Shown here one piece after another: positions 44,409-54,371 of a DNA stretch of 64,000 nt. How positions within the stretch are numbered: position 1 is the first letter of the stretch; each line of letters begins with the position of its first letter. The position numbers were made by a program, and so were the translations under genes. Where the stretch lies: contig JAJYRM010000004.1 in assembly GCA_021794075.1 (NCBI GenBank), positions 8,838-72,837 of the forward strand, read 5' to 3'. The notes beneath the pieces were generated by a model that was not told the origin of the DNA, made no database searches, and saw only the letters and a list, made by a program, of their open reading frames with translations. The stretch is from Bacteroidota bacterium (GTDB lineage: Bacteria > Bacteroidota > Ignavibacteria > Kryptoniales > JAKASW01).

Positions 44409-46571
44409 ATGAAATTAGTATTCATGGTCGTCAACCTCCTTTTCCTTGTGCCGGCATTAATCTTCTCGTCATACCTGGCTGTACTTACGATTGCCGCGGC
44501 GCTTAAGGGAAAACAATTCAAAGTGGCATCCGCAAAGTCTCAAAGGAGGTTTGCCATACTCGTCCCTTCGCACGACGAGGAGGCTGTAATTGAAAACACG
44601 CTCGCCAGCCTGGGGGACTTAGATTACCCGCGAGACAGGTACGACGTGATCGTTATCGCTGATAATTGCTCGGACAAGACGGCGGATATCGCCCGGTCGC
44701 ACGGCGACGTCGTCTTCGAAAGGTTCGATGACACGAACAAGGGAAAGGGACAAGCGCTGAGGTGGTGCCTAGACAGGTTAAAGAGCGAGGGAGCCGCATA
44801 CGACGCCTTCGTAATCATCGATGCCGACACAGTGGCCTCTTCAAATCTTCTCACGGTCATGAACGACTATCTTGAAGAAGGCGCTATGTGCATCCAGTGC
44901 AGTACGCTGGTCACCCCGCAGCCAGGCGCCTGGAGCCCGGAAATGACGCGGATCGGTTTCTTGCTTCACAATTATACCAGGCCGCTCGGCAAGAAGGCTC
45001 TGGGACTGAGCATGGGACTGAATGGAAACGGGATGTGTCTGTCGTCAAATCTACTCTCATCAATCCCCTGGTCGGCTTACTCACGCGTCGAAGACCTGGA
45101 GCACGCGCTGAAACTGGCAATTGAAGGCGTTCGCGTCATTTTTGCTCCTGAAGCCTACGTTCACGCCATTATGCCGACAGATTCCCGGCTCGCTGAGTCT
45201 CAGCGCCGTAGATGGGAACTAGCAAGGTTTTCAATAATTAAGAATTACACCTGGACGTTGCTTTCCGCCGCTATTCGAAAAAGATCTCTCGTAATCTTCG
45301 ATATGTTAATGGACCTCATCACCCCCGCCTTCGTGAACCTCTTTGTGTTGACAGTGGCGGGACTATTAGTTAATGCCGCCGGAACAGTCGTCCTGGGAGC
45401 GCCTTCCGCTCTGCTGTGGATGATGCCCGCCTATTTTGGCGCTCTCCTTCTTGAGACCTTCCACGTCGTCGGCGGGCTTAAGGTAGCGAACGCCGACCGA
45501 GGCGCCTACCGGACCTTAATGAGCACGCCGAAATATGCCTTGTGGAAATTTAAACTCTATATAAGGACAATAATAAAGGGCGACGATAAATTATGGCTAA
45601 GGACGGAGAGGGAGCGTTCTCTTCCCACGGGGAGCGCCGGGGAATCGACTGACACGTCGCGGAGAACCGACCGGAGCTCACATCGAGATGAGGGGTCTAC
45701 TCGCGGTGAGGAAAATATCAGATTTCCATTTCAACCAAGGGTAATGTCGGTACGGATTGACACTTTGAACGCTGAAGAAGTAATGAAAAAGATCGGACAG
45801 TTCCTGAAAGATTCGAAGCTCCATACTATTGCCACAGTTAATCCGGAGTTTGTGATGACCGCGCGGAAAGACAGGGAGTTTCTGCGGATTCTAAATCACG
45901 CTGATCTAAACATCGCCGATGGCATCGGTGTTCAACTTGCCATGAAGATGATGTATGGAGAAGTGTGCGAGAGGATTACCGGAGTCGATCTGACCTGGCG
46001 ACTTACTGGGCTTGCCGCCGAGCAAGGCTATTCTATTTTTCTGCTGGGAGCCGCGGAAGGAGTTGCCCGCGACGCTGCAGCGAAGATGAAAGAGAGATAT
46101 CCGGCGCTTAAAATCGCCGGATACTATTCGGGGAGACCCGACGAAGAAGGCCTGGTCGAATGCATCAATCTGACCAATCCCGACATACTCCTCGTCGCGT
46201 TCGGCGCTCCGAAACAGGAGAAGTTTATATTTAAGAACGCGAAAACTCTTAACGCGAAGATTGCGATGGGCGTGGGCGGGACATTTGATTATATAGCCGG
46301 AGTTGTTCCACGGGCGCCCGCCTGGATGAGACGACTCGGGATGGAATGGCTCTATCGACTCGCGAACCAGCCCGAACGAATAGGGAGAATTCTAACCGCA
46401 ACGGTGCGCTACCCTATCGCGATGTACTTTTACAAATCCTCAAAATCGTCGGTATCGAGAAAAGTCCTCGGCGAGTCACTCAATGAGTTGAAGTCAACGA
46501 TCGAAGCTCCATCGTCCCCCGCTCCCAGGGCGAATCTTGTTCATTCCAATTCGCGGGCAGTCGAGGTATAG
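44409..46571 (+). CDS. Fusion: membrane-embedded processive GT2 synthase (D,DxD,ED,QRRRW) + GT26 WecG/TagA/CpsF-family transferase
   Basis: 720 aa in a single ORF. N-terminal TM. FAILVPSHDEE, IADNCSDKT, VIIDADT, RVEDLEHAL, QRRRW. Four C-terminal TMs and a charged linker. Then VNPEFVMTARKD...ADLNIADGIGV...LLGAAEGV...LLVAFGAPKQEKF...GVGGTFDYIAG...RAPAWMRRLGMEWLYRL. Confidence 0.85.
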   Translation: MKLVFMVVNLLFLVPALIFSSYLAVLTIAAALKGKQFKVASAKSQRRFAILVPSHDEEAVIENTLASLGDLDYPRDRYDVIVIADNCSDKTADIARSHGDVVFERFDDTNKGKGQALRWCLDRLKSEGAAYDAFVIIDADTVASSNLLTVMNDYLEEGAMCIQCSTLVTPQPGAWSPEMTRIGFLLHNYTRPLGKKALGLSMGLNGNGMCLSSNLLSSIPWSAYSRVEDLEHALKLAIEGVRVIFAPEAYVHAIMPTDSRLAESQRRRWELARFSIIKNYTWTLLSAAIRKRSLVIFDMLMDLITPAFVNLFVLTVAGLLVNAAGTVVLGAPSALLWMMPAYFGALLLETFHVVGGLKVANADRGAYRTLMSTPKYALWKFKLYIRTIIKGDDKLWLRTERERSLPTGSAGESTDTSRRTDRSSHRDEGSTRGEENIRFPFQPRVMSVRIDTLNAEEVMKKIGQFLKDSKLHTIATVNPEFVMTARKDREFLRILNHADLNIADGIGVQLAMKMMYGEVCERITGVDLTWRLTGLAAEQGYSIFLLGAAEGVARDAAAKMKERYPALKIAGYYSGRPDEEGLVECINLTNPDILLVAFGAPKQEKFIFKNAKTLNAKIAMGVGGTFDYIAGVVPRAPAWMRRLGMEWLYRLANQPERIGRILTATVRYPIAMYFYKSSKSSVSRKVLGESLNELKSTIEAPSSPAPRANLVHSNSRAVEV

Positions 46572-46606
46572 CGGCGGGGTTGTAATATGTCAATCAGTAG
46601 GGGATC

Positions 46607-47245
46607 ATGGAACTCGCCGAAGACTCATTGACGTTTCACAGGTTGAGCGAAGTCAGCCGTCGCACAAGACTGCGTTTGCGGAAATATTCTCTCATCTCTC
46701 ACATGAGGGGGTTGTGGTTCGCGAGAAAGCTGACGCGTCACGGGATCGTCGTCGTGACGGGAAGATACCCCGCGCCAAGAGTGCTGAATCGCGGAGGCAT
46801 AATCGATGTGAAGAACTGTGAATTCTACGAAGGCGTCAGGCTGGAGGTTTACAAGGGGGGCATTCTTACGATCGGCAACGGGACATACCTAAACAGGAAC
46901 GCGGTTGTGATAGCGGTCGGCAGAGTCGAGATAGGAAACGACTGTCGTATCGGCTGGGATGTCGTCGTAATGGATTCCGACCTGCATCCGGTAGACGCGA
47001 ACGATCAGCCGATAGAAAGCTCGCCGGTGATTATCGAGGACGATGTATGGATCGGATGTCGATCCATAATCTTAAAGGGGGTAAAGATAGGCAGACGTTC
47101 AGTCGTCGCGGCCGGTTCGATAGTCACAAAAGACATCCCTCCGAACAGTATAGCCGCCGGGGTCCCGGCGCGCGTCATCTCGAACAATCCGGAAAAAGCC
47201 GAATTCTTCCTCAAGAAAATCAAATCAGTACCGACCTCCGACTGA
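46607..47245 (+). CDS. Hexapeptide-repeat (LbH) acetyltransferase (maltose/galactoside O-acetyltransferase-like)
   Basis: 212 aa. IGNDCRIGWDVVVMDSDLHP...PVIIEDDVWIGCRSIILKGVKIGRRSVVAAGSIVTKDIPPNSIAAGVPARVI. Confidence 0.85.
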   Translation: MELAEDSLTFHRLSEVSRRTRLRLRKYSLISHMRGLWFARKLTRHGIVVVTGRYPAPRVLNRGGIIDVKNCEFYEGVRLEVYKGGILTIGNGTYLNRNAVVIAVGRVEIGNDCRIGWDVVVMDSDLHPVDANDQPIESSPVIIEDDVWIGCRSIILKGVKIGRRSVVAAGSIVTKDIPPNSIAAGVPARVISNNPEKAEFFLKKIKSVPTSD

Positions 47246-47255
47246 CCCAGCGGTG

Positions 47256-50129
47256 TTACGAAAGATCCTTGCGTTTTAAGAGAGCAAGGAGTCTTTTGTG
47301 TAACGGAAAATCGGCGATCGTGAGAAGCCTGACCACGAGCTGCTGCAGTGAATCCGGCGGATAAGACAGGATAAAATCACTTTTAAGGCCGTCCATGTCC
47401 ACCTTCAGCAGCGACGCGACGGCATCCAGCAATCCTGTTTGGCCCGCTCCCGAGAGGACCGTGCAGCCTAATTTTCTTTCCAGCCTGCGAATTTCACTCG
47501 AGCAATTGGACGGCGCGTATGGATATCGGACCATCTTCAACATCGGAATGTCTTCTTTCGAATCCCCGATAGCGGCTGTATTATCGCCTGAAAAACCAGC
47601 GAACATTTTGAATGGTTCGATGGCACTTCCCTTATCGACATTTCTGCACATGAAGTAAGTGTCGGCTTTCCTGGAAATCACCTTTAGCCTCTCGAACTCG
47701 TTTCTTTCCAAAAACTCCTCAGCCTCCTGATTCGTCAGTCCTCGCGTCCCTCCCGGCACATAACGGTAGGCCCTTACCGCGTAATGGTACGCGGGATCGA
47801 TAAAGACGCCATTCATTTCTCGCAAAGACTTCCGGCAGCGACCAAGCTCATCCAGAGTTTCGTTGTCGACCAGGGAGAGTTCGGTGCCGGTCTTCATATT
47901 AAGCATCGCGCTTCCATATTCTGCGATACCGCCGATAAACCCGAAGTTCCGGCAGTAATCACGGACATGCTCGATGCTTCTGCCAGTGTTGGGTACAACT
48001 TTATACCCAGCCGCTCCAAGTAGAGAAATAGCCTCGAGTCCTCGCGCCGTGGTATGTGGGAATCCCATGATTTCGGAATCGAACACGCCGTCGAGGTCCA
48101 TAAAGAAGAGGCCTGATTTTGCCTCGCCCGCGTCCACGCGGCGGAGCAACGAAGACGAAAACCTGTTCATGGTGTAAACGCGAAAATTCCAGGACCATAG
48201 ACGCCTTTCACTCAACTGGTCGCTGTCCACTTTCTTGTCACCCTTCATAATTCTGTGAAACGCTCGCTCAGATTCCGACGTCGCATATAGCAGCTTGTGC
48301 ACGAATATTCTTTCCCTGAGTGTTTCTACATCGCCGCTTCGAGCCGAATAATTTTCCACCAGTCGATCTTCGCTAGCCTCGTCCAAATGAAATTCGAATA
48401 CCGTTGCGGCGATGTCATATGCCGGGTCCACGACATCGAGCTCAGGCGCGCCGAAGCAGTGCTGCTCGAAATCGATCTTGACGAGCCCGCCGTCACTTCT
48501 AATCCACTCGCCGGGTCTCATCCTTCCGTCTATCAGTGTCGGCCGGAACTTCAGCGCCATCTTAAGCCTATCCAATAGCGCCGGATACTTCAGATAGCCG
48601 AGAAGCCGATTGTAAACGCTCCTCAGGATACTCAGAATCTCAAGCCATCCCCAGCCGAGGTAAGGAATGTTTCCCTTCGGATCTTCGGCAAGCGCGAGCG
48701 TCTCCCGCCTGCGGGCGAGATAGGAAGACATCTTCTCGATGATCTCGTCCGTGACTTCAGAATCCGTCAATGCGGCGCCTTCGATCCATTCCATGATAAG
48801 AATCCCTTCCCTGAATCCGAGAACCTCCGGCACGAATCCCTTCAGAGCCCGTCCGGCGATATAAGCATGATAACCGAGCCAGCCGAATCCGACGCTCTTG
48901 GCGATAATCTTCTTTCGATTTTCTGTCCCATCCTCATACCTGAGTACTGCGTCGTAGACACGTTTGAGTCGAGCCTGAAAGCTGGCTGGATAATGAGACC
49001 AAAGGCGTCCGTTCACTTCGTCGGTCCATTCGTTTTCAATCATTACCGCGCTTCGGACTCCCGATTCAGAGAGCACATCGCAGATCATTCGCTCCATGGA
49101 GGCAGGCTCGAGCATTTCCGCGACGCGAAGGTCCTTAAGATGGACAGTAACCAAACCGGCCTTGTTGTGAGCCTTCTCCTGTATCTCGACGGACAAATCA
49201 ACGCCTGCCGCCGGATGCACGGGTACAAGCATCATGATTCGACCCGGGTCTGCTCCAAAATCAAGGACGCACTTTTCGAGCATCCGAACAGTCTTTCCAG
49301 TGTTCGAGTAATCATCCGACAACAGGACATTCACGTCTTGCCGAAGAAGCATTTTCAGCCTCTTCGCTTCCATGCCGTGAGCTCCGTATCGAGGTCTCAG
49401 CGTGATCCAATTAACATTCTTGACTCCGTGTTCCTGCAAGTAAATCTTGAGCAACGGGGCAAAGTAGCTTCCAGCGGTCCTGGCGCCAACTATCACATAT
49501 TCAGCATCCTTGTCAGGATTCGTGTCGAGAAAGCGCTTTCCAAGCGTCATTATATCGTCGGCGTGCAGATCCTGGCAAACATATCCTTCGTTCAGCCTCA
49601 TCCGCGCTTTCATAAAATCAGGAGGGAAGACTCCCGCTCTCACATTCCCGAACGAGCGAGAGAGCTCAGCAATTTCAGACTCGGCCGGTTCACCATCGTT
49701 CACCAGGGACCTGCAAGTCATTTCGGTAAACCGATCAAGCTCCTCTTTCCATCTCCATATTGCGCGTAGCCTAACGGACGACCTGAATTGCAGCGGATAG
49801 TTCAAAACATTTTCAACCAGATGAATGAGCTTGCCAAAGTGTGGAAAGATCCGGGCCAACGGCATGATATGCCACCTGCGCCGGGACAGATAATCGTCGG
49901 CCGTGCAACTCATCGCGCAGGCGAAGATGTAAAGATTGACCATCATCTCGCTTCGCTGCCACTGAACTGTGCACTTCCGGCAACGTTCCAGTTCATCGCC
50001 TGTTCTCGCGATAAGCTCCCTGATGGTGAGAAACGGATTTGTAGACCACAGATAATTATTGAAGAAGTCCCGCTGACCTTGCACGGCAACCGATTCGCCT
50101 GCATCCTCGATCAAATGTTTTGTTTCCAT
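47256..50129 (-). CDS. Tri-domain fusion: unknown N-domain + PRTase-like + APH/choline-kinase-like + HAD-IIB phosphatase
   Basis: 957 aa. PRPP-type loop YVIVGARTAGSYFAPLL...VLLSDDYSNTGKTV. Kinase-like IDGRMRPGEWIR..GLVKIDFEQ. HAD motifs FFMDLDGVF, VPNTGRS, VDKGSA, AIGDSKEDIPML. Confidence 0.8.
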   Translation of the reverse strand: METKHLIEDAGESVAVQGQRDFFNNYLWSTNPFLTIRELIARTGDELERCRKCTVQWQRSEMMVNLYIFACAMSCTADDYLSRRRWHIMPLARIFPHFGKLIHLVENVLNYPLQFRSSVRLRAIWRWKEELDRFTEMTCRSLVNDGEPAESEIAELSRSFGNVRAGVFPPDFMKARMRLNEGYVCQDLHADDIMTLGKRFLDTNPDKDAEYVIVGARTAGSYFAPLLKIYLQEHGVKNVNWITLRPRYGAHGMEAKRLKMLLRQDVNVLLSDDYSNTGKTVRMLEKCVLDFGADPGRIMMLVPVHPAAGVDLSVEIQEKAHNKAGLVTVHLKDLRVAEMLEPASMERMICDVLSESGVRSAVMIENEWTDEVNGRLWSHYPASFQARLKRVYDAVLRYEDGTENRKKIIAKSVGFGWLGYHAYIAGRALKGFVPEVLGFREGILIMEWIEGAALTDSEVTDEIIEKMSSYLARRRETLALAEDPKGNIPYLGWGWLEILSILRSVYNRLLGYLKYPALLDRLKMALKFRPTLIDGRMRPGEWIRSDGGLVKIDFEQHCFGAPELDVVDPAYDIAATVFEFHLDEASEDRLVENYSARSGDVETLRERIFVHKLLYATSESERAFHRIMKGDKKVDSDQLSERRLWSWNFRVYTMNRFSSSLLRRVDAGEAKSGLFFMDLDGVFDSEIMGFPHTTARGLEAISLLGAAGYKVVPNTGRSIEHVRDYCRNFGFIGGIAEYGSAMLNMKTGTELSLVDNETLDELGRCRKSLREMNGVFIDPAYHYAVRAYRYVPGGTRGLTNQEAEEFLERNEFERLKVISRKADTYFMCRNVDKGSAIEPFKMFAGFSGDNTAAIGDSKEDIPMLKMVRYPYAPSNCSSEIRRLERKLGCTVLSGAGQTGLLDAVASLLKVDMDGLKSDFILSYPPDSLQQLVVRLLTIADFPLHKRLLALLKRKDLS

Positions 50130-50507
50130 ACTCCTTATCCGCTCAAACGGCGTGTGACGCAGGCGACTACCCCGCCTTGCGCGCCGCCAATTTACCGATT
50201 TATCCCTGAAAGCTATCTCTCACGATGGCACATTATCGGAGTAGATATTAAGATAACACGGTACACTTGTCCGCGGTTCCGCATGCAGCGTTGGCGACTA
50301 ATATTTGACAACATTTACCGAACGTATATGGTGGTACAGCACGCGTGTACTTCATACACACAATCGAGCTCAACCGAAAGTATCCAAGAAATAATCAAAA
50401 TAAGTATTGCATCTACTCGAACTATTGCCTATTCTACGTTTGGTAGAATACAGATAGGGACACCCGGTATTTCGTGTTGGCAATCTTAAACAAACACCTG
50501 GGCGTCC

Positions 50508-51383
50508 ATGGGAAAAAGAGCGCATTCGATATATGTAGGTTCATTCTTCGTCGTAGGAGTGTTGTCAACTCTCCTACTAGCGATAAACGGGTATCAATAC
50601 TACACCACCCCGCTGGTCGATAGATTCTTCAACGCGCAGAATTCGCTCCTTGAGCCAAGCGGCTTCATCGGCGAAGGGCTCGGCGTATTGGGAAGCCTCA
50701 TGATGATAGTCGGTGTCGCAATCTACATGCTCAGGAAAAGAGTCAAGGCGTTCCTGCACATCGGCTACCTGAAAAACTGGCTGGAGCTTCACATCTTCCT
50801 CTGCACGCTCGGGCCGGTCTTCGTTTTGTTTCACACATCCTTTAAGTTCGGCGGCATAGTTGCCGTTAGTTTCTGGAGCATGACAGCGGTCGTGCTGAGC
50901 GGCGTAGTCGGGCGTTTTCTTTACGTGCGAATCCCCAAAACGATCCAGGGTCAGATACTCGGTGTCCGCGAGCTGGACGAGCTGGGGCGAGTCTATTCCC
51001 GGAAGCTCCAGACAGATTATCACGTCGATGACAAGCTCATTCGAATGATAGAGACGGCGTCCGACTATACTCAACTGAAGAAGGAGACGCTCCACAACAG
51101 CATCGTCTTCCTAATGAAGGACGCGACACACATGCGGCGTACTCTGCGCATCTTCGGAAAGCAGCTGAAGGCGGCTGGACTATCGCACGCGGAAATAATA
51201 AGGACCAAACGAGTCGCCAAGTCGCGGATGATCTTGGCAAGAAGGATTCGTCTGCTCAACGTGATGCACCGGTTTTTCCGGCACTGGCATATCGTCCATC
51301 TCCCCTTCGCGATAATCATGTTCCTGATAATGTTTATTCACATCGGCGTCGTCTTCGCGTTCGGCTACAGATGGATATTTTAA
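50508..51383 (+). CDS. Integral membrane protein with conserved-looking TM histidines (possible b-type heme/electron-entry subunit)
   Basis: 291 aa, about 5 TM. His in helices (LELHIFLC..VLFHTSF; RHWHIVHLPFAIIMFLIMFIHIG). It overlaps the next gene by 13 nt. Confidence 0.6.
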   Translation: MGKRAHSIYVGSFFVVGVLSTLLLAINGYQYYTTPLVDRFFNAQNSLLEPSGFIGEGLGVLGSLMMIVGVAIYMLRKRVKAFLHIGYLKNWLELHIFLCTLGPVFVLFHTSFKFGGIVAVSFWSMTAVVLSGVVGRFLYVRIPKTIQGQILGVRELDELGRVYSRKLQTDYHVDDKLIRMIETASDYTQLKKETLHNSIVFLMKDATHMRRTLRIFGKQLKAAGLSHAEIIRTKRVAKSRMILARRIRLLNVMHRFFRHWHIVHLPFAIIMFLIMFIHIGVVFAFGYRWIF

Positions 51384-52762
51384 CGATATACTCACTAGCT
51401 AACGAGGAAACATACTTGAGCGAAATATATCTGGACAATCTGATCACGTATGGGTCAGTGACCCTGGTCTCGCTTGTCGTGATTCTCATTTACCTCTGGG
51501 CGAAACGCAGGACATCCGTAAGAAATATTTCGAAGCTCCGTTTCGCGGCGGAAATGGGACTTCACGAACCAGTATCGCTCCATCCGGTTGTCAACCAGGA
51601 CACTTGCATCGGCAGCGGCGCGTGCATAACCGCCTGTCCGGAGAAGGATATTCTTGGAATAGTAGAAGGCAAGGCGCATGTCATCAACGCCGCCAGATGC
51701 GTCGGCCACGGGGCGTGTTTCCACGCCTGCCCCGTTCATGCGATCGCCCTGTGCATCGGCACGGAGAAGCGCGGCGTTGAACTCCCCCATGTCAGCCAAG
51801 AATTCGAGACAAATATTCCGGGCCTCTTCATCGCGGGCGAACTCGGCGGAATGGCACTCATCAAGAACGCCGTCGAACAGGGTAAGCAGTCGGTACAGTT
51901 CTTCCTGAAGAAAATGAAAAGAAACGTTAATTCAGAATATGACCTCGTGATAGTCGGCGCGGGACCCGCCGGTATTTCCGCGACCCTTGAAGCGGCACGG
52001 AACAAGCTCAGGTGCGTGACAATCGAGCAAGATACATTAGGTGGAACGGTCTTCAGCTTTCCGAGGCAGAAAGTAGTGATGACTTCCCCTATGGATTTAC
52101 CGCTTTACGGACAAGTAAAAGTGAGACAAACTTCGAAGACCGGACTGCTTGAAATATGGAAGCTCGTCCTCAATCAAAATGAAATCCTAATCAATGAGAA
52201 CGAGCGAGTCGAGCATATTGAAAAGAACGGCGATGTTTTCAGCGTGACCACTACGAAGGACGTATATACTTCGAAAGGAGTCATCCTCGCGATCGGAAGA
52301 CGCGGCTCGCCTCGCAAGCTCGGAGTGCCGGGTGAGGAAAAGGAAAAGGTTGCCTACCGGCTCCTGGAACCCGAATTAATATCTGGCAAAAACGTTTTGG
52401 TGGTAGGCGGCGGGGATTCCGCCATAGAGAGCGCAGTCATGATCGCCGACGCGCACGACACTAACAGGGTCACCATATCGTACCGCGGTGAAACATTCTC
52501 CAGGATCAAGACTGAAAACGCCGAGAGAATTTCGATAATGGCAGCGAACAACCGGATCCGCCTGATCTTCAATTCAAATGTGCAAGCGATTACGGACAAC
52601 AAAGTGATACTGTCCGTCAAAGATAAGCCGATTCCTGTGGAGATTGAGAACGACCTTGTCTACATATTTGCCGGCGGGACGCTTCCTACCGCCTTTCTAC
52701 AAAAAATCGGCATAACGGTTACCGAGAAACGCGGAGAAGCTATTCTCAAACATGACGACTGA
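51371..52762 (+). CDS. Membrane-anchored 2x[4Fe-4S] ferredoxin domain fused to FAD/NAD(P)-dependent oxidoreductase
   Basis: 463 aa. N-terminal TM. CIGSGACITACP and CVGHGACFHACP. YDLVIVGAGPAGISA and VLVVGGGDSAIESA dinucleotide folds. Confidence 0.85.
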   Translation: MDILTIYSLANEETYLSEIYLDNLITYGSVTLVSLVVILIYLWAKRRTSVRNISKLRFAAEMGLHEPVSLHPVVNQDTCIGSGACITACPEKDILGIVEGKAHVINAARCVGHGACFHACPVHAIALCIGTEKRGVELPHVSQEFETNIPGLFIAGELGGMALIKNAVEQGKQSVQFFLKKMKRNVNSEYDLVIVGAGPAGISATLEAARNKLRCVTIEQDTLGGTVFSFPRQKVVMTSPMDLPLYGQVKVRQTSKTGLLEIWKLVLNQNEILINENERVEHIEKNGDVFSVTTTKDVYTSKGVILAIGRRGSPRKLGVPGEEKEKVAYRLLEPELISGKNVLVVGGGDSAIESAVMIADAHDTNRVTISYRGETFSRIKTENAERISIMAANNRIRLIFNSNVQAITDNKVILSVKDKPIPVEIENDLVYIFAGGTLPTAFLQKIGITVTEKRGEAILKHDD

Positions 52763-54371
52763 AAGAAAATGGCATACCGTATATCTGCTTATAGTAATTA
52801 TAAACTTTGTTATGGCAACTAGCGCACTTGCTCAAATATCGCCCGGCCCGTTAACGACAGCGCACGCAAACCTTGAAGGATTGAGCAACTGCACAAAGTG
52901 CCACGTACTCGGGAAGAGGGCCGAGAATTTCAAGTGCCTCGCCTGCCATCAAGAGATTCAGACGCTGCTTAACGAAGACCGCGGCTACCACGCAAACCCC
53001 ACTGTAAAGAATCAGTATTGCTCGAACTGTCACAGCGAACATCACGGAAGACAATTCCAGATAATTCATTTCGATACGGCCACATTTAACCACGCATTGA
53101 CGGGCTATCCTCTTGAAGGGGTGCATGCGACGCTCAAATGCGACGCTTGTCACCAGCCGAAGTTCATTACAAATCCGTTGTTCGAAAGAAGGAATGGGAC
53201 TTTCCTTGGCCTGAGCGCGAACTGCGCCTCCTGCCACGAGGACCCTCATCAGGGCACGCTTGGCAGAAACTGCGCATCATGCCATGATGAAACCAGCTTC
53301 AAGCCGGCGGCAAAATTCAACCACGATAAAACCGTGTTCGAGCTTTCGGGAGCTCATAAGAGAGTCAAATGCTCGCAATGCCATGCGAATGAGATTAGAA
53401 ACGGAAAGCCATTCGTGAAATATGCTGGGGTGAAGTTCCTGAACTGCGTCCCTTGCCATCGCGACGTTCACAACGGACGATTCGGAGAAATCTGCGAGCG
53501 GTGCCACACAACCGTCTCCTTCGCTTTCATAGATGATCATACATTCAATCATGACATTACCGGCTATCCACTCAGAGGCAAGCATGCCGAGGTTGCTTGC
53601 AAGGATTGTCACGGGAATAACTTGAACTCGCGGCCGAAGCACGCGCTTTGCACGGATTGCCATAAAGACTTTCATCATGGGGACTTCAGGGTAGACGATG
53701 CCGTCGAGAATTGCGCCGACTGCCATACTGTAGAAGGGTTCAGAATGACGACCTTCACAATAGCGATGCACAATCGGAGCACATTCCAACTGACAGGCTC
53801 CCACCTTGCCGTGCCGTGCGAAGCCTGCCATTTCAATTCAGGTAAATGGCATTTCAAAACTCTCGGCACGCGATGCGCAAGTTGCCACAAGAACGTTCAC
53901 GGCAACCAGCTGACGGCGACATTTCTCCCGCACGATAATTGCGCCAGCTGTCACAATACTGATTCGTGGGAAGCAATCAGCTTCAATCACGACCTTACCG
54001 GCTTCAAACTGAATGGGAAGCATGCTGATGTGTCGTGCAGAAACTGCCATTACAGAAAGAACTCAGAAGGGACCGAAGTGTCGGTCTTCCGCTCCCTCAG
54101 CCCAAATTGCCAAACATGCCATCGCGATGTGCATTTCGGACAGTTCGCGGTTCAAACGAACAATGGGAAGGTAACATACTGTCAAAAGTGCCACACGACC
54201 AATAATTGGCAGCCGACAAAATTCAATCACCAGAAGACGAGATTTCCGCTGACCGGAGCGCACGCCAAGCTCAAGTGCATTGAGTGTCACAAAGAGCAGA
54301 CAGTCAACGGAGATAGTTTCATACAATATAAACTGAAGGATTTCAGATGCGCCGCTTGTCACTCGTCTTGA
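52752..54371 (+). CDS. Multiheme cytochrome c, 20 CxxCH motifs
   Basis: 539 aa. Signal peptide (..VMATSALAQ). I count 20 CxxCH motifs at regular spacing of about 25 aa (paired-CXXCH type). Confidence 0.9.
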   Translation: MTTERKWHTVYLLIVIINFVMATSALAQISPGPLTTAHANLEGLSNCTKCHVLGKRAENFKCLACHQEIQTLLNEDRGYHANPTVKNQYCSNCHSEHHGRQFQIIHFDTATFNHALTGYPLEGVHATLKCDACHQPKFITNPLFERRNGTFLGLSANCASCHEDPHQGTLGRNCASCHDETSFKPAAKFNHDKTVFELSGAHKRVKCSQCHANEIRNGKPFVKYAGVKFLNCVPCHRDVHNGRFGEICERCHTTVSFAFIDDHTFNHDITGYPLRGKHAEVACKDCHGNNLNSRPKHALCTDCHKDFHHGDFRVDDAVENCADCHTVEGFRMTTFTIAMHNRSTFQLTGSHLAVPCEACHFNSGKWHFKTLGTRCASCHKNVHGNQLTATFLPHDNCASCHNTDSWEAISFNHDLTGFKLNGKHADVSCRNCHYRKNSEGTEVSVFRSLSPNCQTCHRDVHFGQFAVQTNNGKVTYCQKCHTTNNWQPTKFNHQKTRFPLTGAHAKLKCIECHKEQTVNGDSFIQYKLKDFRCAACHSS

